From contig BK006948.2 in NCBI GenBank assembly GCA_000146045.2, positions 256,001 through 320,000 of the forward strand: a stretch of DNA of 64,000 bases. The letters are read 5' to 3'. The translations under genes and the position numbers were made by a program. The notes beneath the pieces were generated by a model. The model was not told the DNA's origin, did no database searches, and saw only the letters and a program-made list of their open reading frames with translations. This DNA is from TPA_inf: Saccharomyces. Taxonomy: Eukaryota. The first letter of the stretch is position 1. Each line of letters begins with the position of its first letter. Below, piece by piece: positions 57,078 through 64,000 of this stretch.

Positions 57078-59387
57078 TTAAAACCTCCAATTTTCATCTA
57101 CCGATTCTATGGCCCATTTGAATTTTTCTCTTAGGGTTTTTGTAAAAATCTTTTCAATCGGAACATCATACTTTTTGCAAAATACCACAGAAAGTCTAGG
57201 GTCTATATAATTGATTTTGGAAGTGCCCAGTGAAACCTGGGAGTTTTCCTCTTTATCTTTCAACTGAATGGAACTAGTTTGGATACGCTGTTCTAATTTC
57301 TCTACTTGTGCTTTTATTTTTTCGACTGAATTCCAACTTGATTTCAGTTCCACTTCACCGGTTTTCAATTCCTTTTCGAATTCTTGTTTCTTTTCGTCGA
57401 CTTTCTCCAACCATTCCTTCAATTGACTTTCCGGCAATAATTCTTCCTTTTCAAATTTCCTCTTATCGTTCTCCCTAACAAATTTTCGCTGATATTTTTC
57501 AATTTCTCTATCAATAATTCTCTTGTGAATGGTGGCTTCATCTTCTTTCGTCAAATCGTCGATTTCTTCGAAATATTTTGGCTCTTTCTTTAAAAGATCC
57601 TTATCCAATTGTAAAATGGCCCTCTTGCAACGAATCTTTTGCCATTCCAACTCTTGTATTCTATTATTGGCCTTTTCCACTGTTTGTGCATGCCCCTTCG
57701 TGACAGTCCTTTGATGGTTACATAGGATGGCTACAGTTCTATTTGCTGCGTTGTACTTCAATATTTTCTCTGCGACAGATCCTTTATTTGGAATTAGATC
57801 CAGTTGATCTTGCATTGTTTTGGAAGCATTATATGTACGGAAAACTTTAGCAGTCAATCCCGGCATGTAGTTTTGTAGATATTTGTTCAGTATAGATGGA
57901 TCTAGACGATCAAACAGTTGATGTCCTGGCTGTTTGGGCGGCCTTTTAAAAATTGTCAAATTTTTGAAAACTTGTTTGTCAACTTCTACCTCTTGATAAA
58001 ATCTAATAGAATCCTTACCTAAGAAATCAAAGATAACAGTATTCGGAGGTTTCAAAGTAACATGCTCATATCGCAATGAACAACAACCCACAGTATCGGC
58101 TTCATCTTCGGATTTTTCACCACCGGCTCTTAAAGCGAATACATCGATCAAATAAATGGCTACGGCCTTTTGGCGCTCTAGCATAACTTTGCTTTTCAAA
58201 TTTCTCGTGTAATCCCTTCTGATGGCATCGATATAGGATTTCAATTGTCTCGCCTTTTCAAACTTCTTGTAGTCACTTTGACCCTTCAATGAAGAGTTCG
58301 CTGCCAATCTGACGTATTTGAATGAGTTGAAAATATTCTCTCTCCACATGGCTAACCATTGAACGGTATTGTCGTGTCTGATTTCACCCCACTTGTGCCC
58401 TTCTGGGGCTGGCGGAACGGGTGCGTCTTTACTTAGATTTAAAACGATATCCTCAGGATTCACTCTTCTCTTCAATTTGCCTGTTTTTGGGTGAGCGCCA
58501 CGACCTCTAAATAGATCAGGAGGTTCAACCTTGAAATTCCCTACTTGTTCCCTTCTGCCATCTAATTCACAGAATTTATAATCTTCCTCGAATTTTTCTC
58601 TTTCCAAACGAATCTGTTTCTTTTCTTGGGAAGTCAGTTGCTTTTTCTGTTCTTTTTGTAACTGGAAGTAATCAAACATTTTGGTGAAATCGCAACGAGA
58701 AAATTCCTTTATCTCAATTCCATTGAGGGGACCACCACTTTCTTTCAGTACTTGCAAGAAATCATTGAAGAAGTTCTTTTGGAAAACAGGATTTTTGGCA
58801 TGATCACTCTCTAATAGGGCAGCAAAGAACCCGGCTACTTCTTCAGCTTGCGGAGGTAAATCTACTGGCTTCCCATCGTAATATAATTTGATGTGAGATG
58901 GTAAGGGCTGGTATGGTGGAGGGAATATAACACCGTTATGCTTCAGTGTGACCCATTTTATGGTGTCATCTTCGTTTTCTTTTTCCCACCATTTATATTC
59001 TTCCTCCTCCTCCTTCGCTTTCTTGTCCTCCTCTTCTTCTTCTTCTCGTTTCTTTTTTTCGTTCTCCTGTTCTTCCTTTTTAGTTGTTTTTACCTTTACA
59101 TCACCATCTTCTTTCTTGATTTTTTTAGGCTTTGATGTCGCGCTTTTCTTTGCTGGAGGCGATGGTAATGACGACGATTGCACTGGTTCGGTCTTTATTT
59201 TCTTAGTCTTTTTCTTGGAAATCTTAGAGATTGCCTCATCACTATCATAAGGTTCCGCTTCGTCTTGAAGAGAGGCAGAGTTCATGGACGCCACCTTTCT
59301 TTTTTTTAAAGTTTGAGATAATGGCACATCGTCATCGTCATCAGAAGACAACTCATGATTAACTTTGGAAGCATCAGCAATAGTCAT
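57078..59387 (-). CDS. TOP1: TOP1, DNA topoisomerase I, 769 aa
   Basis: Type IB topoisomerase with a Lys/Glu-rich N-terminus, a core domain and the active-site Tyr in SKINYIDPR near the C-terminus. The track start at 59402 is a TTG codon, so I trimmed to the ATG at 59385-59387 ([13 protein letters not shown]). Confidence 0.9.
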
Positions 59388-59621
59388 TTTTACGCGTTTC
59401 AAGTTTCGAGCTCTGCCCTCCCTTTAGATTTTTTTTATTTGCTGTTTTAATACTATAAGAATAGGACTCAGGTAATTAGAGTAACAGAGAAAACAAAAAA
59501 GAATATTGCGCTCGTGTTAGTGTTGAAACAAAAAAATACAGTTGTTCTTTACGTGCATCGATCATATAAGAAAAGGGAAAAAAGCCGTAAAGTAAAAAAA
59601 TAAAGAGCTTTCCATGGCTGG

Positions 59622-59648
59622 TTTTTTTTCTTTTTTTTTTTTTTTTTT
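59622..59648. repeat. Long poly(dT) tract, T8-C-T18
   Basis: 27 T in 28 nt, lying between the 3' end of RPB11 and the TOP1 promoter. Confidence 0.9.
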
Positions 59649-59812
59649 GAAGACTACAGCAGGTATTACCCGGAGTGAAAAAGGTTTCTCACACTAAAAT
59701 TTACGTGTTCAAGACATTGAAGTTATGTATAAATATATATGAGCGTATATTATGTGTATGTCCGTTTCCATTCTGTTTAGATTTTATGGCTATAGTATTA
59801 AACTCCTATATA

Positions 59813-60175
59813 TCAAAATGCGTCGTCGGCGGCTAGAGTTTGCAGGTTCCACTCGGTTTCGAAATTTGTCTTCAGGGCGCCAAGCTTGTTAATGATGCTG
59901 TTACAGGCGTTTTTCAAGGCATCCTTCGGGTCGTAGCCCTCGGTGGTCTGTATTCTCAGCTTGAAACGAGCGAAGAAGGGATGCTCAACCTTGTAAGCGG
60001 CAAACAGCACTTTTCTGTCGTTCAGAAGTTCTGCACGAATCAGGTTTCCCAACGTGTGGTCCTCCTTCTCAAACGTTATCACTACTGCGTTGGGGGCTTT
60101 GGTGTCGGGGTCAATCTTTAGCTTGGATTCCCCTTCACCCAGAAGGAACAGTTCGAATCTGTCTGGAGCATTCAT
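59813..60175 (-). CDS. RPB11: RPB11, RNA polymerase II subunit, 120 aa
   Basis: [51 protein letters not shown], the Rpb11/RpoL dimerisation-domain fold. Size is exact. Confidence 0.92.
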
Positions 60176-60407
60176 GATGCAGTTGTGTCCAAATGTATCT
60201 GGTTTGGTGGCTACGTAGCTATCTATTTAGGCTGCACGGCTCAGTTCTCTCGCTCTTCTTTTAACGGACCTCTTGTGTGTGCCAAAGCAGTGAACCTAGA
60301 ATTTTCGCGGACACTTCCACTTTATTAAGTCCGGGTAATGATAATATTGAGCTTGCAAGTTTTTTGAACTCGGATAGCAGCATTATCCATGACATGACAC
60401 GGATCTA

Positions 60408-60449
60408 CCGACGAGGCTTACCGACGAGGCTTACCGACGAGGCTTACCG
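60408..60449. repeat. Perfect 13-bp tandem repeat (CCGACGAGGCTTA) x3 plus a partial copy, in the RPB11-SIN3 divergent promoter
   Basis: Units lie at 60408-60420, 60421-60433 and 60434-60446, followed by CCG. Confidence 0.9.
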
Positions 60450-60937
60450 TGATCCCTCTCCAGTAGTCTGTAAATTCTGTTTATAATTTAAAAAATCTAT
60501 CTTCTACTCCAGTCTTGTAACTACTGTTGTTACGCGCTGCCCAGAGTGTGGCACACACTGCGGGGTTACCCGTGTAACGTAGAATAAACCAGTACGGGTA
60601 ATGATATCGGATTTTCTAGTGATTTTTTTCCATTCGCAAAAAAGTCGCCTTCATTTTGCAGTTCTTCAGCAAACGTGATTTGCAAAACAACGGTTACTCC
60701 CCTTCCCTATTACATTTGTCTTCCCTTTTTCGCACCAGCATTGCTAATATTCGAGGCACCGTACCTAACTAATCAGCTCATTCACGTACCACATATTCTT
60801 TGTTACTTCCCTCCCTCCACAACAGGCTACGCTATTGACCGCTTTCAGTATAGTCTCTTTACCCTTTTGTTGTGTTCGTTTGAGGTTATTTGGAAAAGGA
60901 CAAAATATCTAAGAAACAAGTTATACATTGTACAAAA

Positions 60938-63900
60938 ATGTCACAGGTTTGGCATAATTCGAATTCGCAATCAAACGATGTGGCTACTTCAAATGACGCT
61001 ACGGGTTCCAACGAAAGAAACGAAAAAGAACCGTCCCTCCAGGGAAATAAGCCCGGTTTTGTTCAACAGCAGCAACGGATTACTTTACCCTCGCTATCTG
61101 CCTTGAGTACTAAGGAGGAAGATAGAAGAGATTCCAATGGCCAACAGGCTCTAACTTCTCATGCTGCTCACATATTAGGTTATCCTCCCCCACATTCAAA
61201 TGCTATGCCCTCAATTGCAACTGATTCAGCATTGAAACAGCCCCACGAGTATCACCCTCGCCCTAAATCTTCGTCCTCTTCTCCCTCTATAAACGCTTCG
61301 CTTATGAATGCTGGTCCAGCTCCCCTCCCCACAGTGGGAGCCGCCAGTTTTTCTTTGTCGAGATTTGACAATCCATTACCGATAAAAGCTCCTGTTCATA
61401 CAGAGGAACCAAAAAGTTATAATGGTCTTCAGGAAGAAGAAAAGGCGACGCAACGGCCTCAAGATTGCAAGGAAGTTCCCGCTGGTGTGCAGCCTGCTGA
61501 TGCCCCTGACCCTAGCAGCAACCATGCAGATGCTAACGATGACAATAATAACAACGAAAATTCTCACGATGAAGATGCTGACTACAGACCTCTAAACGTG
61601 AAGGATGCCCTATCTTACCTCGAACAGGTCAAATTTCAATTTAGTTCGCGTCCGGATATCTATAATTTATTTTTAGATATTATGAAGGACTTTAAATCTC
61701 AGGCAATAGACACACCGGGCGTTATTGAAAGAGTATCCACTTTGTTCAGAGGTTATCCAATTTTGATTCAAGGGTTCAATACTTTTCTACCCCAAGGCTA
61801 TAGAATCGAATGCTCCTCTAATCCGGACGACCCCATTAGAGTTACTACACCAATGGGTACTACGACAGTAAACAATAACATCAGTCCATCTGGTAGAGGT
61901 ACAACGGATGCACAGGAACTTGGTTCTTTTCCAGAAAGCGATGGAAATGGTGTTCAACAGCCCTCCAATGTGCCAATGGTGCCTTCGAGTGTGTATCAAT
62001 CGGAACAAAACCAAGACCAACAACAATCTTTGCCTCTTTTAGCTACTTCTTCTGGTTTACCTTCAATTCAACAACCTGAAATGCCTGCACATCGCCAAAT
62101 CCCACAAAGTCAATCTTTAGTGCCTCAAGAAGATGCTAAGAAAAACGTTGATGTCGAATTTAGTCAAGCCATAAGCTACGTTAATAAAATTAAAACTAGA
62201 TTTGCCGACCAACCTGATATTTACAAGCATTTTCTGGAAATACTACAAACTTATCAGCGAGAGCAAAAGCCAATAAACGAAGTCTACGCACAAGTGACGC
62301 ATCTTTTCCAAAATGCTCCTGATTTACTAGAAGATTTCAAGAAATTCTTGCCGGACTCTTCAGCTTCTGCCAATCAGCAGGTGCAACATGCTCAGCAACA
62401 TGCTCAACAACAACATGAGGCCCAAATGCATGCACAGGCACAAGCTCAGGCTCAGGCACAGGCACAGGTGGAACAACAGAAGCAGCAACAGCAATTCTTG
62501 TATCCAGCTTCGGGCTATTACGGCCATCCTTCTAACCGAGGTATTCCACAGCAAAACTTGCCTCCTATAGGAAGCTTCTCGCCTCCAACAAACGGTTCGA
62601 CCGTACATGAAGCCTATCAGGATCAACAGCACATGCAACCACCCCACTTCATGCCCTTACCATCGATCGTTCAACACGGGCCAAATATGGTACATCAAGG
62701 GATAGCGAATGAAAATCCACCTCTATCAGATCTAAGAACGTCTCTCACTGAACAGTACGCTCCTTCTAGTATACAACATCAGCAGCAGCACCCGCAAAGT
62801 ATTAGTCCTATAGCAAATACGCAGTATGGTGATATCCCTGTTAGACCGGAAATTGATTTAGATCCTAGCATTGTGCCTGTGGTCCCTGAACCCACTGAGC
62901 CCATCGAAAACAATATATCGCTTAATGAGGAAGTCACTTTCTTCGAAAAGGCCAAGAGGTATATCGGCAATAAACATTTATACACTGAGTTTTTGAAAAT
63001 TTTAAATTTGTACTCTCAAGATATACTTGATCTTGACGATTTAGTGGAAAAGGTAGATTTCTACTTGGGTTCCAATAAAGAACTATTTACGTGGTTCAAA
63101 AACTTTGTTGGCTACCAAGAAAAAACCAAATGTATCGAGAATATTGTTCATGAAAAACATAGATTGGATTTAGATTTATGTGAGGCATTTGGCCCAAGTT
63201 ACAAGAGGCTACCAAAAAGTGACACTTTCATGCCATGCTCAGGTAGGGATGATATGTGTTGGGAAGTCTTGAACGATGAATGGGTTGGACATCCTGTATG
63301 GGCTTCCGAAGATTCGGGATTTATTGCTCATCGTAAAAACCAGTATGAGGAAACACTATTCAAGATCGAAGAGGAAAGACATGAGTATGATTTTTACATT
63401 GAATCAAATTTAAGAACTATTCAATGTTTGGAAACAATTGTAAATAAGATCGAGAACATGACTGAGAATGAAAAAGCCAATTTTAAACTGCCTCCAGGTC
63501 TTGGCCATACTTCAATGACTATTTATAAAAAAGTGATAAGGAAAGTTTATGATAAGGAAAGGGGGTTCGAGATTATTGATGCTTTGCATGAGCACCCTGC
63601 AGTGACAGCCCCAGTCGTTCTGAAAAGGTTAAAGCAAAAAGACGAAGAATGGAGAAGAGCTCAACGTGAATGGAATAAAGTTTGGAGGGAGTTAGAACAG
63701 AAGGTTTTTTTCAAGTCATTAGATCATTTAGGCTTAACATTTAAACAGGCTGACAAGAAATTATTAACTACAAAGCAGTTGATATCAGAGATTAGCAGCA
63801 TCAAAGTTGATCAAACAAACAAAAAAATTCACTGGTTAACTCCTAAACCAAAGAGCCAGTTAGATTTTGATTTCCCTGATAAAAACATTTTCTATGATAT

Positions 63901-64000
63901 CTTGTGTTTGGCTGACACTTTTATAACCCATACCACAGCCTATTCTAATCCCGATAAAGAAAGATTGAAAGATTTACTAAAATACTTCATCTCTTTGTTT
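60938..64000 (+). CDS. SIN3: SIN3, histone deacetylase complex scaffold; 5' part only (first 1021 codons), continues past the window end
   Basis: ATG at 60938 (MSQVWHNSNSQSND). Paired amphipathic helix domains are present (ALSYLEQVKFQF..., FSQAISYVNKIKTRF..., FFEKAKRYIGNKHLYTEFLKIL...), followed by an HDAC-interaction region. It is absent from the ORF track because there is no stop before the window edge. Confidence 0.88.
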   Translation, partial: MSQVWHNSNSQSNDVATSNDATGSNERNEKEPSLQGNKPGFVQQQQRITLPSLSALSTKEEDRRDSNGQQALTSHAAHILGYPPPHSNAMPSIATDSALKQPHEYHPRPKSSSSSPSINASLMNAGPAPLPTVGAASFSLSRFDNPLPIKAPVHTEEPKSYNGLQEEEKATQRPQDCKEVPAGVQPADAPDPSSNHADANDDNNNNENSHDEDADYRPLNVKDALSYLEQVKFQFSSRPDIYNLFLDIMKDFKSQAIDTPGVIERVSTLFRGYPILIQGFNTFLPQGYRIECSSNPDDPIRVTTPMGTTTVNNNISPSGRGTTDAQELGSFPESDGNGVQQPSNVPMVPSSVYQSEQNQDQQQSLPLLATSSGLPSIQQPEMPAHRQIPQSQSLVPQEDAKKNVDVEFSQAISYVNKIKTRFADQPDIYKHFLEILQTYQREQKPINEVYAQVTHLFQNAPDLLEDFKKFLPDSSASANQQVQHAQQHAQQQHEAQMHAQAQAQAQAQAQVEQQKQQQQFLYPASGYYGHPSNRGIPQQNLPPIGSFSPPTNGSTVHEAYQDQQHMQPPHFMPLPSIVQHGPNMVHQGIANENPPLSDLRTSLTEQYAPSSIQHQQQHPQSISPIANTQYGDIPVRPEIDLDPSIVPVVPEPTEPIENNISLNEEVTFFEKAKRYIGNKHLYTEFLKILNLYSQDILDLDDLVEKVDFYLGSNKELFTWFKNFVGYQEKTKCIENIVHEKHRLDLDLCEAFGPSYKRLPKSDTFMPCSGRDDMCWEVLNDEWVGHPVWASEDSGFIAHRKNQYEETLFKIEEERHEYDFYIESNLRTIQCLETIVNKIENMTENEKANFKLPPGLGHTSMTIYKKVIRKVYDKERGFEIIDALHEHPAVTAPVVLKRLKQKDEEWRRAQREWNKVWRELEQKVFFKSLDHLGLTFKQADKKLLTTKQLISEISSIKVDQTNKKIHWLTPKPKSQLDFDFPDKNIFYDILCLADTFITHTTAYSNPDKERLKDLLKYFISLF

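Noticed and set aside
59392-59397. ACGCGT (MluI cell-cycle box) next to TOP1
   Set aside because: It lies only about 5 bp upstream of the TOP1 ATG, too close to act as a UAS. It is probably coincidental.

Overview
This window is Saccharomyces cerevisiae nuclear DNA: a 64-kb stretch of the chromosome XV left arm, running from the last 33 codons of PRE6 (YOL038W) through YOL036W to the first 1021 codons of SIN3 (YOL004W). I identified it by recognising the encoded proteins and their order, so gene names rest on recall of yeast proteins and family motifs, not on a database search. The window is a dense, ordinary yeast gene array. It holds about 30 protein-coding genes on both strands with short AT-rich spacers, and none of them needs an intron. 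Non-protein features are four Pol III tRNA genes, three with introns and all followed by T-run terminators; one C/D-box snoRNA between YOL036W and SMC5 (snR50-like); and one diverged solo Ty1/Ty2-type delta LTR just upstream of tRNA-Pro. There are no CRISPR arrays, operons or other prokaryotic features, and I see no convincing evidence of an undescribed system. The observations most worth a second look are these. (1) The bZIP gene YAP7 is split by a frameshift into two overlapping reading frames at an A7/T7 homopolymer, an S288C-like allele. (2) A short upstream ATG frame ends in a T8 run that overlaps the YOL014W start; a 1-nt slip there would give YOL014W a different N-terminus. (3) The snoRNA has a 12-nt guide complementary to 25S rRNA. 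(4) A perfect 13-bp x3 tandem repeat and two inverted Reb1-like sites sit in the RPB11-SIN3 divergent promoter. (5) PAC/RRPE motif pairs lie upstream of the ribosome-biogenesis genes TSR4, RCL1 and DIS3. (6) A GC-rich, CATGTGA-rich 1.36-kb spacer separates HTZ1 and PLB3. Some ORF-track entries begin with non-ATG codons (GTG/TTG), so I trimmed those CDS starts to the first ATG. Motif-level coordinates may be off by 1-2 nt.
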